Shown here piece by piece: positions 9,287 through 20,407 of a stretch of 64,000 bases of DNA (positions within the stretch are counted from its first letter, which is position 1; every line of letters starts with the position of its first letter). Below the pieces are notes generated by a model that saw only the letters and a list, made by a program, of their open reading frames with translations, was not told the DNA's origin and did not search any database. A program made the translations under genes and the position numbers. The stretch comes from Deltaproteobacteria bacterium. GTDB taxonomy: Bacteria > Desulfobacterota > Desulfarculia > Adiutricales > Adiutricaceae. The stretch lies in NCBI GenBank assembly GCA_031276865.1, contig JAISMF010000065.1:32379-96378 (forward strand), read 5' to 3'.

Positions 9287-10959
9287 GTTCCACCTCCTAA
9301 AATTCAGGCCGGCCTAAGAATTTGGCTCCCGGCCGCTAAATTTTGCGAAATATTCTGACGCGGTTTAAATGCTGCCTGACTGAGGCGGTCAGTACCTCGT
9401 TCGGGCTCGGTCCTACCCCCGGGGGTGAGCACCGGGGAAAAACCGTTTAAAACTAGAATCAAAGGCATCCAAACTAAAGACGCCACCCGAAAACAAAATC
9501 CCTTAATTAGAAAGACGCTTTCCGGAAACTGCGAAATCGCGAAAGCCGAATCCAGGCGCCAAAATCCCCGAAGCGAAAAAGCTAAATAGCGAAAACCTGG
9601 ACGAAATCCATAAACCAAAAAACAGCGGTTTCTATTTTTTCAGTCGCCTTTCCACCTTCCGAGAGCCGCGGGGAGATTTCCGAACCCCCGCCCGAGACCT
9701 TCCCGGTTTTCAGAAAAAAGCGGCTGTTTTTTTTCTCTTTTCCGCCCTACCGGCGTCTGTGGGCCTCCCTTGGCCGCTTCAACCGGGTGGGCCGCCGAAA
9801 GTTCGCGGCTCCGGCCGGACGTTTTTCAGCCTCCCCCCTCGGGCCTCCGGAATTTTTCCGCCGGTTTGGCCGGAGATTCGGACTGGAAAAGTCTGGAATT
9901 ATGTCGCGGCGGTAGAGGGGGGACTCTTCGACGGTGAAGGGGGCTGTTAAAAAAAGACCGTTAAGACTTTTAGAGGGCGGGAGGCGCGGGCGGCTCGTAT
10001 GAGGAGGACCGTCCCGGGCTCCCCCGGAGAGGCGAATAAGAGCTTTAGAAAAAAACGGAGGGAGACGCGGGGTCTCCGTCTAAAAACCCTCGCGGCCGGA
10101 GTTTAGGGATTCGCGGCGAAAAACCCTCCGGTATTCTCGCCATGGGCAAAAAAAAGGCGGCTGAAAGGCTGAATTAAGCCGTTTGAGCCGCGAAAAAAAA
10201 GAAAACGCCAAGCCGCTTGACCGTCCGCTTCCGACAGACAGCCCAGGCGCTGGAATACGCCTTTACGCCTCCCTGGGAGGCGGTCCCCGACGACACCCGG
10301 GGGAGGCGACAGCCTTCCTGGGCCGACGCGGGGCGGAGCTGTGATGTATCGTGAATTTTATAAATCATATAGGCGGCTCTACTAAAAATTCGTATTTTGT
10401 CACGGGGGGACAAAAGTTAATCTCCCCTTCTTTACCCAATAGTCATTAATTTGTCAAGTCATTTTTTAAGCCATTAACAATCACGGCGGGGCTTTTGGGA
10501 CGTCGATGATCTAGATGATTCCGAAACCGGGCCCCGAAACTGTCGCCCGATAAAAAGGAGCGGAAACCTTTCGGCCGCGGCTCGCCCTTGTTCGTTAAAT
10601 CCGGCTGGTCTCGTGTTCAAAGACGTTGGAAAAACGTCAGGCCGAAAAAAAAACCCTACTCCGCCCGCGTTTACGCTCGGGTGGAAGGGCCACACTGAAT
10701 ATCCCAGGTACAGGGCGGGAGATTATCGCCTTAACTTTAGAGGAAAACGCGGGGCTTGTGAGGTGGCCCGAAAACGTTCAATTATAAATAGGCGCCGTGA
10801 GGCTCTCTAGTCCTCTATCTTTGTTGGCGACGAAGATCCGCTTGGCGAAGGATATTATCCGACGCCAGTCCCAACGTAAGGGGTGGAGAACCAAGGAGGC
10901 GGCTTTCGGGAAGGCAAACCGGAAAAGTTACGATGCGATGTGAGGTCGTGTAAACTGTC

Positions 10960-11400
10960 AATATTTTACTTTGCGAATCCAAAAGATACAAGCCTTTTCC
11001 ACGCTTTTTTTCTTTTTTTAATGTTTCCTGTAAACCAAAATTGGTTGTAATTACTAAAATTACAGCCTAAAAATTTATTTTTTATTCTATAAATTAAATA
11101 AAGTGATTTTTATATTTCTATTATTATATTTTATATATATTTATATATTTATCATTTATTTAAACTAAATTATACTTTATCATTTTAGTTAATTATATTA
11201 TTAACATTTTATTTTTGTCATAATTTAATTTCGACCCTTGCCAGCTCATATACCATCTCTTTAACAGGCTGAAATATTATTATAATTTTTATTAATATTT
11301 TATGTTTAAAATTTATAATTTTGGTTTAATGGAACTAAAATATTAAATTAATATGTAAAAAATATGGAAATAGATAAACTAGAGATAAAATGGGAGAGAA
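10960..11400. other. About 440-bp extremely AT-rich non-coding block
   Basis: Direct reading: runs such as tatatatatttatatatttatcatttatttaaac. No ORF. Abuts the purine tandem repeat. Confidence 0.9.
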
Positions 11401-11427
11401 ATATCAGATAAAGAGAGATAGCGTGAG

Positions 11428-11770
11428 CGAGAGGAAGAGATAATGAAATGAAGAGATAATGAGAGGAAGAGATAATGAGAGGAAGAGAGAATGAGAGGAA
11501 GAGAGAATGAGAGGAAGAGAAAACGATAAGAAGAGAAAACGAGAGGAAGAGAGAATGAGAAGAAGAGAGAATGAGAAGAGAGAATAAGAGGAATGGAGAA
11601 TAAGAGGAAGAGAGAATAAGAGGAAGAGAGAATAATAGGAAGAGAGAATAATAGGAAGAGAAAATGAGAGGAAGGGAGAATAAGAGGAAGAGAAAATGAG
11701 AGGAAGAGAAAATGAGAGGAAGAGAGAATGAGAGGAAGAGAATGAAAGGAAGTAAAGAGAGAGGGTGAGG
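11428..11770 (+). repeat. Tandem repeat of a 16-nt purine-rich unit GAGAGAATGAGAGGAA (about 21 copies, degenerate)
   Basis: Head-to-tail units read directly. The plus strand is almost purine-only apart from one T per unit. Confidence 0.95.
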
Positions 11771-11936
11771 ACGAAAAAAAATAAACTAAAGAAGCTAAAA
11801 ACCAACGCTTTCCCCGGAAAAAAAGTTCGAGGACCGGTCGAGAGGGGCCGCTTTTTTCAGCCGAGTCTAAATAATTTTCAGTCTTCAGCCCAAAAAAGGT
11901 CGCGAAACCCGGGGTCTTCCCCCGGGCGGCGCGCCC

Positions 11937-12908
11937 TTAAACGGATCGGATCTCCTGCTTGATAAAAAGAACGTAGGAGAGAATGAAAGCCAGAAGGGAG
12001 AAGCAGGCGAGGATCAAAAGATCCGGCATGACGATAATAAGGGACTGGCCGATGGAGATCCCCCCCTGGAAGCGGGAAAGGAGGTAACGGTCCAGACGAC
12101 TCATCAGGGCTATCTGCAAAGCCTCGTCGCTTCCCCGGTGGGTGGGATCCAGAAGCATGGAGGATGACTCGGTGAATAGTCCGGCGGGCGAGGCCAAGGT
12201 GAGGATCTTGTGGGCCCGGGTGAAGCTCACGAGCTCCTCGGCCTGGGGCCTCTGGGGGTCGTTGAAGGGGGCGATGGCCGAGGCTCCGGCCTGGATCAGG
12301 ATGGGGAGGAAAAAGACGATGAAGATCCATAGAGCCGCCGCGGCCATGGCCGAGGTGGCGACGGATCGAAAGCAGATGGACAGGAGTATGGCCAGCCCCA
12401 GCCAAAATCCCATGTAGACCACGCTCAACAGCCCAAAAAGGGCGAGCCTTACAAGCTCGTCCGCGCTGGGCACCACCCCCACCCCCAAAAGCCCGAAGCC
12501 GGTTATGAGGAGGAAAAGCGAGGCCAGCATGATCGCGATGGTTATCAGGCCCGCCAGGTACTTCCCTAAGATCACCTCGTCCCGGTGTATCGGCTGGGAG
12601 AGTATCTTGGAAAGCGTGCCCTGGTTGCGCTCGCGGTTTATGGAGTCGAAGCCCAAAACCAACGAGACCAAGGGACCGAAGAGGCAGAGGAAGACCGAAA
12701 GCGAGAAGAAGGCCGCGGGGGCGGTGAAGAGCAAAAGAAAGGTGCGCCCCTCGAGAAGCTCGGAGCCGCCCTCGGTCAAGACGTCCCCTATGGCCCTACC
12801 CGCCAGGTGGGTGAGCAGGAAGCTCACCATGAAGATGAGGGACATTATTATAAGGAAGCGGGTGGACCCGAAGTGGTCCGCCAGCTCCTTTTTAATCACC
12901 GCCAGCAT
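11937..12908 (-). CDS. ABC-2 type transporter permease
   Basis: 323 aa with multiple hydrophobic spans. Start codon abuts the stop of the upstream ABC ATPase. Confidence 0.7.
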   Translation of the reverse strand: MLAVIKKELADHFGSTRFLIIMSLIFMVSFLLTHLAGRAIGDVLTEGGSELLEGRTFLLLFTAPAAFFSLSVFLCLFGPLVSLVLGFDSINRERNQGTLSKILSQPIHRDEVILGKYLAGLITIAIMLASLFLLITGFGLLGVGVVPSADELVRLALFGLLSVVYMGFWLGLAILLSICFRSVATSAMAAAALWIFIVFFLPILIQAGASAIAPFNDPQRPQAEELVSFTRAHKILTLASPAGLFTESSSMLLDPTHRGSDEALQIALMSRLDRYLLSRFQGGISIGQSLIIVMPDLLILACFSLLAFILSYVLFIKQEIRSV

Positions 12909-13808
12909 CTACGCCGCCTCCCCTCTAAAATAGTAGGTGTAAATGGCCTCCAGATCCGCTTCCAACCCGGTTTTCCCGGCGAGCTCGGCGATGGATCCCT
13001 GGGCTAAGAGCTTCCCCTTCTTCAAGATGCCCACCCGGGTGGCCACCTTGGATACCAGATAAAGAAGGTGCGAGGATAAAATCACCGTGAGGCCCCTTTC
13101 CCCGGGAAGCCTGGTGATGAGCTCCAGCATGGTGTTGATGCCGTCCGGATCGAGGCCCAGGGTGGGCTCGTCTAAAAACACCACCTTGGGATCCTTCACC
13201 AAGACCTCGGCCAGGCCCAGCCGCTGGCGCATGCCCCGGGAAAACTCGGAAACTAGTTTTCCCGCGACCTCGCTTAAGCCCACCAAGCCCAAAACCTCCT
13301 CCACCTTTTCCCCGTAGTCTCTCATTTTATTGAGCTCGCAGACGTAGGAGAGGTTCTCGTAGGCGGTGAGATCCCCGTAGAAGCCCATGTTCTCGGCCAG
13401 GTAGCCCACTTGGGATTTGACCTTCAAAGGCTCCTTTACCGGATCTTCGCCTAGGACCCTGACGCTTCCGGCGCTGGGAAGGGTGAGTCCCAGAAACATG
13501 AGGAGGGTGGTGGTCTTTCCCGCCCCGTTGGGGCCTAAAAACCCAAAAATGTCCCCCCGCTCGATTCTTAGATCCAGATTGTCCACCACAGTCTCCCGGC
13601 CGTACCTCTTGGTGAGGCCCGCGGCCAGGATGACCGCTTCCGAAGAATCCTCTTTGGCGGGAGTTTCCGCGTCGTTGGGGGCGGAATGGGGGCTCGATGG
13701 TTTCAAGGCCTCCCCGTCTCGGGGCGAAACGCCCTCCCCCAAAGCTTCCCCCGCCCCGGCGCCGTTCTCGGGGCCGCTCCCCTCGTCTGTGGTCTTCAGC
13801 TCGTCCAT
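12909..13808 (-). CDS. ABC transporter ATP-binding protein with ~60-aa acidic/Gly-rich N-terminal extension
   Basis: Walker A GPNGAGKTT, signature-like FSRGMRQR, Walker B VVFLDEPTLGLD. Confidence 0.85.
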   Translation of the reverse strand: MDELKTTDEGSGPENGAGAGEALGEGVSPRDGEALKPSSPHSAPNDAETPAKEDSSEAVILAAGLTKRYGRETVVDNLDLRIERGDIFGFLGPNGAGKTTTLLMFLGLTLPSAGSVRVLGEDPVKEPLKVKSQVGYLAENMGFYGDLTAYENLSYVCELNKMRDYGEKVEEVLGLVGLSEVAGKLVSEFSRGMRQRLGLAEVLVKDPKVVFLDEPTLGLDPDGINTMLELITRLPGERGLTVILSSHLLYLVSKVATRVGILKKGKLLAQGSIAELAGKTGLEADLEAIYTYYFRGEAA

Positions 13809-13976
13809 GGCTAGACACCGCGAAAATATTATTTAATGTTTAACAATGAAAACTAAATTTCAGGCTTCCCGGCCTTGATTATAGCATTTCCCCGCCAACT
13901 CGTGAAGAGCCTAGGGTCGCAAGGTGGCCGCGGGCCGCGGGCGGAGGTCCGCTTTATTGTTCCAAAAAAGACATTC

Positions 13977-14060
13977 AAAAGCGACGGGTCAAAAGCGGCG
14001 GGTCAAAAGCGACGGGTCAAAAGCGGCGGGCCAAAAGCGACGGGTCAAAAGCGGCGGGCC
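13977..14060. repeat. 14-nt tandem repeat AAAAGCGRCGGGYC x6
   Basis: Read directly, perfect head-to-tail register. Confidence 0.9.
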
Positions 14061-14932
14061 AAAAACGAGCTTCCCAAAGCCGCGGGCGCTAGGGCGCTGG
14101 AGGCGGCTAAAACCCACGCCGGCGCAACCTGGGAAAGTGCGAAGCGCGGAAGCGCCCGGACCCTTGAGACGAAAGGCCGGAAGCGCAAATTCGGGGGAGG
14201 CCCGAATTGGCGGAAAAAACGAAAAGGGCCGGAAAACATTCGTGAAAAGCCGTTTCGGCTTCAGCGGCGAAGGTGTTTCCCTCCGGCGAAAAAATCGCCT
14301 TCCGGCGCGGCGAATTTCACCCCCGCGGAAGGCCAAAAAAGTCCAAAATAAAAAACAGGGCGCGGGTACATACCGCATATGGTTATATTATTCTCTATAC
14401 TTGGCAAATCACGCGTCTCGCATCAGACGCCGAGATTGTCCAGGGCGTTAGGGGCGGCTCCGATGGTCTATAATGGGTTACTCCAAGCGCGAGCCCCGAA
14501 CAATAAAAAAGCCCCAAACCATCGCTCATCTCCGCGGACGAAGTTTCACGACTTCGGCGTCTCAAGGACGCGTTCTTTTTTTGCGGCGACGCCGGAAAAT
14601 TTTCCGGCGGAAAGCGGGGCGGCCGAAAAACCACCTTCCCGGGCCTCACCCCCGTGGGCCCCCCGGACTGAAAAACGACATCGCCCGCGGCGTCTGCGGC
14701 GCCCATCGAGTCCGCGGCCATGACGAGCCGCGGGGATTTAGGGAGGGCCCGGGATTTTAAAAGCTTAAGACCTTGACGCGAGAGAGAGATCCCTAACTAT
14801 TTTCATTGTGAAATCAGCCGCTCTACGCTTTAAATAATTTTATACTAATAGTTCATAATTTATATAACTTATATAACTTAACTTCAATTAATAACGAACT
14901 TAAATCACACGCGCGTAAACCGTAAGGAAAGT

Positions 14933-16306
14933 ATGAAAAAGAAAAAACCGACCGGGAAAAAGAATAAACCGGAAACGCTCAAGAATAAAGCCGAAGCGAA
15001 AAAGAAAAGAGCCGAAGTGGTAAAGAAAAAAGCGAACGCGCGCCTGCTTTGCCTTGTGGGAGACAGGCGTTTTTACGGCGAGGAGGAAAGGCGGGATCAC
15101 GCTAAAGCCTTCCAAGGGTACCTCAAAGCGGCCGAGCTCGGCGACGCCACCGCCCAGTACAATGTCGGAACGATGTACCATAGCGGCCACGGCGCGCCCC
15201 AGGATTACGCCGAGGCCTTGAAATGGTTCCGCCTTTCGGCGGAGCAAGGGTTCCCCCAGGCCTGCCTCCATCTCGGCAAGCTCCACCACGACGGCTCCCT
15301 GGGCGCCCCCAAGGACCTCGTCGAATCCCGAAAATGGCTCCTTAAGGCGGCGAAGGGAGGGATCGCCGAGGCCAAGTTCATGCTCGGCCATATGTCCGCC
15401 CAAGGCGAGGGAACGCCCAAGGACGAGAGGGAAGCCCAAAAATGGATCCGCCTCGCGGCCGAGGGGGGGAACGCCCAGGCCCAGCTCCGTCTCGCGACGT
15501 AGCTCCTAGGCGACCGGGACCACCCCGAAGACGACCAGGAGGTCCTAAAATGGATTCGCCTGGCGGCGGAGGGGGGAAACGCCGAGGCTCAGAGCAATCT
15601 CGGAATGATGTTCCGCCACGCCAAGGGCGTCGAGACGGATCTCGCCCAAGCCGAGAAATGGTCGCGCCTGGCGGCGGAACAGGGAGAGCCTCGGGCCCAG
15701 GACCAGCTCGGCGACATGTATCATAAGGGCGAGGGCGTCCCCCAAGACCACGCCGAGGCCGCTAAATGGCGCCGCTTGGCGGCCGAACAAGGCTATCACA
15801 TGGCTCAGCATAATCTCGGCGTCATGCTCCAAAAAGGCGAGGGCGTCCCGCGAGACGATAGGGAAGCCGTGAAATGGTTCCGCCTGGCCGCGGAGGGGGG
15901 GAACCCCTGGGCTCAGCTCAACCTCGGCTACATGCGCCTCGAAGGCCGGGGCGTCCCCAAAGACGCCGGGGTGGCGGCGAAACTCTACCGCCAGGCCATG
16001 GAGGGCGGTCTGGCGATCGCCGCGCGCGATCTCGCCGCCCTGTACGAATACGGCAAGGGCGTCCCCCGAGACCTTTCCGAGGCCGTGAAATTGTACCGTC
16101 TGGCGGCGGAACAGGGAATTTCCATGGCCCAGCTCAAACTAGCCGAGCTGCTTGAGCGAGGCTTGGGCGTTCCCCAAGACGACCGCGAAGCCGCCAAATG
16201 GCGGAAGAAGGCGGAGGAGGGCGATTCAGCGGAACGGAGGGAATCCCATGAATTCATTGGAGTCAATCTCTCCCAGCCCGAAAACTCGAAACTCGAAAAC
16301 TTGTAA
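14933..16306 (+). pseudogene. Sel1-like repeat (SLR) protein interrupted by one in-frame TAG at 15500-15502
   Basis: ORFs 14933-15502 and 15605-16306 are in the same frame. The intervening codons read LLGDRDHPEDDQEVLKWIRLAAEGGNAEAQSNLG, i.e. a continuous SLR repeat. Lys-rich N-terminus MKKKKPTGKKNK. Confidence 0.65.
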
Positions 16307-16490
16307 CTTTTAGACCGGATTAAAGATCCGGCCCGCTTCAAAATCCGGAGACCCCCTTTCCCCCGCCTAGGCGCCCGGCGCCCCCCGCCCGGCCGACCGG
16401 CCCGGGCGGGGGGGTTAAGGAAATTCGGACCCAGCGGAATTTCCGGAGGGTCCGGGTGTTTCCAAGGCGGCGAAGGGAGACGCGAAAACA

Positions 16491-17507
16491 ATGGCGAAGA
16501 AGAAAAAACCGGCGGCGAAGAAGAAAAATCCGGCCGCGAAGAAGAAAAATCCGGCCGCGAGGAATAATTCGAGCGCCCGCCTGCACATCCTGGCGGGAGA
16601 CAGGCATTATTTCGGCCAGGGCGTGAAGCGGGATCCCGTTAAAGCCTTGAAAGAGTACGCGAAAGCGGCGGCGGAGGGGAACGCCCTGGCTCAGTTCAAA
16701 CTCGGCGCGTCGTGCCTCCAAGGCGATGGAACGCCCCAGGACAACGCGGAGGCCCAAAAATGGTTCCGCCTCGCGGCGGAGGGGGGAAACGCCATGGCCC
16801 AGTACAATCTCGCGGTGTCGCTCATGGATGACCCGCATGGCCCCGAGGTGGAGCGGGAAGCCTTCCAATGGACCCTCAAGGCCGCGGAGGCGGGGCTCGA
16901 CAACGCTCAGTTCAGTTGCGGAACGCTCTACCTCATCGGGGTGGGCGTCGAAATCGACCCGGCCGAAGCCGTCAAGTGGTTCCGCGAGGCCGCGGCGCAG
17001 GGGCACGCTCCGGCCCAAACCAAACTCGGCAAAATGCTTCTCCGCGGCCAGGGAGTCCCCCAGGATCTCGCCGAGGGCGTGAAATGGAGTCTCCAGGCGG
17101 CCGAGGGAGGCTTTCCCGAGGCGCAGTTCAACCTCGGCGACATGTATCTGGAGGCCCTAGGCGTCCCGCGAGACAACCGCGAGGCCATGAAATGGTACCG
17201 CCTGGCCGCGAAGAACGGCTACGCGATGGCCAGCGTCAAGCTCGGCTACCTGTACGAAAACGGGCATGGCGTTTCACCGGATCTCGCCCAAGCCGTGAAG
17301 TGGTACCGCCTGGCCGCGAATCAGAAGGCGCCCATCGCCGCCCTCAAACTCTCCCAAATGTACGAAGATGGATTGGGCGTCCCCCAAGACTTGGCCGAGG
17401 CCCAAAAATGGCGGGAATCGGTGGACTGGAGAATGCTAGAGCGGGATGGATCCGCCGATAAATTAATCGCGTGGCCCTTCTTCCAGCCTGAAAAGCGAAA
17501 ACGCTAG
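16491..17507 (+). CDS. Sel1-like repeat protein
   Basis: Iterated ~36-aa units G-x-G-V-P-x-D-x-x-E-A-x-K-W-(F/Y)-R-L-A-A-E-x-G-x-x-x-A-Q-x-x-L-G. N-terminus MAKKKKPAAKKKNPAAKKKNPAA. Confidence 0.85.
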   Translation: MAKKKKPAAKKKNPAAKKKNPAARNNSSARLHILAGDRHYFGQGVKRDPVKALKEYAKAAAEGNALAQFKLGASCLQGDGTPQDNAEAQKWFRLAAEGGNAMAQYNLAVSLMDDPHGPEVEREAFQWTLKAAEAGLDNAQFSCGTLYLIGVGVEIDPAEAVKWFREAAAQGHAPAQTKLGKMLLRGQGVPQDLAEGVKWSLQAAEGGFPEAQFNLGDMYLEALGVPRDNREAMKWYRLAAKNGYAMASVKLGYLYENGHGVSPDLAQAVKWYRLAANQKAPIAALKLSQMYEDGLGVPQDLAEAQKWRESVDWRMLERDGSADKLIAWPFFQPEKRKR

Positions 17508-17580
17508 GGCCGGCTTAAAAAACCCGTCCCGCTTAAAAATCCGGAAATCACCAGGGGCTTACGAGGATCAAAAAAGAGAC

Positions 17581-18918
17581 ATGACGCGAAAAGGCATGGG
17601 CCCGAAAGAATACCTCCTAGAAGCGTACAGGCTTTATCACGGCGAAGGCGTCCCCAAGGATCTAGCCGCGGCTTTGAAATCGTTTCATAAGGCGGCCCAG
17701 CTCGGAGACCCCCAGGCCCGGCACTTTCTCGGCATCATGTATTTAAAAGGCGAGGGCGCCCCTCAGGATTTAGCCGAGGCTCTTAAATGGACCCGCCTCG
17801 CCGCCCAGGGGGGGGTGCCGGCGGCCCAGACCAATCTGGGGCTCATGCACCTGGGCGGCGTGGGCGCGGCCAAAGACGAGCGGGAGGGCGCGAAATGGCT
17901 TCGCCTGGCGGCGGACGCGGGCGTGAGCGAGGCCGCCTTCAATCTCGCGCGGATCCTTTTGGAAGGCCGGATTCTGCCCCAAAACCACCCCGAGGCGCTT
18001 AAACTCCTTCGTCAGGCGGCGGAGGATGGCTTCGTCCAGGCCCGCTACCTCTTGGGCGTGATGCTCGCGGAAGGCTTGGGAACGCCCCGAAACGACCTGG
18101 AGGCCATAAAATGGATCCGCTTGGCAGCGGAAAAGGGCTTCGTCGAGGGCCAGTACAGCCTCGCCATGATGTTCCTGTGCGGCCGGGGCGCCCCCCAGGA
18201 TCCGGCGGAAGCTTTGAAATGGATGCGGAAGGCCGCCCAAGGGGGACTGGACCGGGCTCAGTTCAATCTCGCCGCGATTTACCACTCCGGCTTGGGCGTC
18301 GACCGCGATTACGCCGAAGCCTTGAAATGGTACCAGACGGCGGCGGAGCGGGGGCACGTTCCGGCCCGGCACGCCCTAGGCGTCATGCATGAAAACGGCC
18401 AAGGCGTCTCGGTCGATTTCGCCCTGGCGGAAAAATGGCACCGCTCGGCCGCGGAAAAGGGCTTCGCCCCTTCCCAGTTCCGTCTCGGCCAGATGGCCCT
18501 CGAAGGCCAGGGCCTCCCCCAAGACGAGCTTGAAGCCGCTCGCTGGATAAAGCTCGCGGCCTTGGAGGGCTTCGCGCCCGCTCAAGCCAAGCTCGGCGAC
18601 TTATGCGAAAAAGGCCAAGGGCTTCCCCAAGACTACGCCGAGGCCTTGAAATGGCGCCGCCTGGCGGCGGACCAAGGGGACTCCGAGGCCGCGTCCGCCC
18701 TCGCCAACATGCACGAATTGGGCCTTGGAGTTCCCAAAGACGACTTGGAGGCCGCCAAATGGCGGAAGGCGGCCGCGAAAAAAGGATATTCCAGCTCGCA
18801 GGGGGATCTGGCGGATCTAGCCGAACTCCAATCCGATGGGAAGGATTCGTCCATCCTCACGGAACTCGCCAACCTGATCGAACTTAAAAACGCCCGCCCC
18901 GGACCCGGGAAGCATTGA
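17581..18918 (+). CDS. Sel1-like repeat protein
   Basis: 445 aa, about 12 SLR units, no basic leader (MTRKGMGPKEY). Confidence 0.85.
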   Translation: MTRKGMGPKEYLLEAYRLYHGEGVPKDLAAALKSFHKAAQLGDPQARHFLGIMYLKGEGAPQDLAEALKWTRLAAQGGVPAAQTNLGLMHLGGVGAAKDEREGAKWLRLAADAGVSEAAFNLARILLEGRILPQNHPEALKLLRQAAEDGFVQARYLLGVMLAEGLGTPRNDLEAIKWIRLAAEKGFVEGQYSLAMMFLCGRGAPQDPAEALKWMRKAAQGGLDRAQFNLAAIYHSGLGVDRDYAEALKWYQTAAERGHVPARHALGVMHENGQGVSVDFALAEKWHRSAAEKGFAPSQFRLGQMALEGQGLPQDELEAARWIKLAALEGFAPAQAKLGDLCEKGQGLPQDYAEALKWRRLAADQGDSEAASALANMHELGLGVPKDDLEAAKWRKAAAKKGYSSSQGDLADLAELQSDGKDSSILTELANLIELKNARPGPGKH

Positions 18919-19219
18919 AGAGCCAGCCACCCCGCGTCTAGATTCTCCCTCCCGAAAGCGCCCGCGCCCCGACCGCCATCGCCGTAGCCGCCCTCGCCGT
19001 AGCCGCCATAACGGAAAGGCGCGCCTTCCCAGACCACGCCCGGGCCTGGAAACGGATGAGGTAGTCCCTAAAGCGGGGCTTTCCCCGACTCTTGAAAGTT
19101 TCCCGTTTATGAAACAACCTAATCTTTATGGGTCGCGTGTATATATATTGTTTTTCATCTATGTCGCGTGTGTTCGTTAACAAGATTTCAACTCCGGACT
19201 TTTCAGGCGGACGTCGAAA

Positions 19220-20176
19220 ATGAAGAAAAAGAAAAATCGTCATTCCAAACCCCGCCACCGCGGGAAAAACAAGCGTTTCGACGGCGTCCTCTTGAGCGGG
19301 GATTCCATCGCGGATATTAAACTCCTCGAGGAGGCCGCGGACCGCGGCGACCCCGCGGCCTGGTACAATCTCGGAATAAAGAGCCTACTCGGCCTAGGGG
19401 GCCCGAAGAACCCGGCCGAAGCCGAGAAATGGCTGCGGCTCGCGGCCGAAGGAGGCCTCGGGCTGGCTCAATACGAGCTCGGCCGCCTGCTCCTCAAAGG
19501 CCTGGGAAAACCCCAAGACGACCAAGAAGCCATAAAATGGCTGCGCCTCGCGGCGGAAGGCGGAGTCTCCGCGGCCAGTTTCCTTCTCGGCTTGGCGTTC
19601 TTGGAAGGCGAGGGCGCTCCCCGAGACATTGCGGAAGGCGCGAAATGGGTCCGCCTGGCCGCGGAGGATGGCCTCCCCATAGCTCAATACCAGTTCGGCA
19701 CCTTGTTCCAAACTGGAAGCGGCGTCCCCCAAGACGACGCCCAGGCCGCCCACTGGTACCGCCTGGCGGCGGAACAGGGCTTTCCGGACGCCCAGTACAA
19801 TCTCGGAACCATGTATAAAGACGGCGAGGGCGTCCCCGAGGACCTCTCCCTCGCCCAAGAGTGGTACCTCAAGGCCGCCGGACAAGGGCATACGCTGGCC
19901 CAGTTCAATTTAGGCGTCATGAACCGCGACGGCCATGGCGCGCCCCAAGACTACGTCCAGGCCGCGAAATGGTTCCGCCAGGCGGCGGCAGGTGGTTTGA
20001 ACATAGCCAAGACCAATCTCGGCTTCTTGCATTTACACGGCCTGGGCGTTCCGGAAGACGTCGATGAAGCCGAAAAATGGCTCCGCCTGGCGGCGGAGGG
20101 GGGGGACGCGGGCGCCATGCTCATGCTCGCCATGATAGGCGTGAAAGACTATATCGACCCCGAAGACCCGGGCTAA
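19220..20176 (+). CDS. Sel1-like repeat protein
   Basis: 318 aa, SLR units, N-terminus MKKKKNRHSKPRHRGKNKR. Confidence 0.85.
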   Translation: MKKKKNRHSKPRHRGKNKRFDGVLLSGDSIADIKLLEEAADRGDPAAWYNLGIKSLLGLGGPKNPAEAEKWLRLAAEGGLGLAQYELGRLLLKGLGKPQDDQEAIKWLRLAAEGGVSAASFLLGLAFLEGEGAPRDIAEGAKWVRLAAEDGLPIAQYQFGTLFQTGSGVPQDDAQAAHWYRLAAEQGFPDAQYNLGTMYKDGEGVPEDLSLAQEWYLKAAGQGHTLAQFNLGVMNRDGHGAPQDYVQAAKWFRQAAAGGLNIAKTNLGFLHLHGLGVPEDVDEAEKWLRLAAEGGDAGAMLMLAMIGVKDYIDPEDPG

Positions 20177-20407
20177 AGCCGCTCAAACTCCCAAAGCCGC
20201 GCCCCGACCCGCCGGCGCGCCGCGCCGCCCAAAAACCCCTCCCGCTTTAAAATCCAACCCTCCCCTCATCCCCCCCCCAGCGCCGAAAAGCCCTGGCGGA
20301 GAAGCAGACGAAAAAACCGCGTCGTCTCCCCCCGCCCTGGGACGGAGGCGCGTCCCCGCGAAGACCCCGGACTTGTCACGCTTTTTCGGCCGCGACCTTA
20401 AGCCCGC

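Noticed and set aside
9304-10810. Short ORFs (63-104 aa) in the 2-kb spacer upstream of acsD, and a look for tmRNA, SRP, RNase P or riboswitch signatures there
   Set aside because: The ORFs have no SD and implausible composition. I could not find the conserved cores of these RNAs (for example GGAUUCGAC, GGAAGCAGCC, GAGGAAAGUCC). An Rfam scan is still needed.
11404-11805. 133-aa ORF (SLPLILSSSHSLFLSF repeats) on the minus strand across the purine repeat
   Set aside because: A C/T-only strand cannot contain stop codons, so the frame is open by composition. The period is 16 nt, not a multiple of 3, and there is no SD or plausible start context.
13875-14723. Overlapping 64-175-aa ORFs rich in K/R/G (KATGQKRRVKSGG…)
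   Set aside because: They are generated by the 14-nt tandem repeat and GC-rich filler. Several mutually overlapping frames on both strands are open, and none resembles a protein family.
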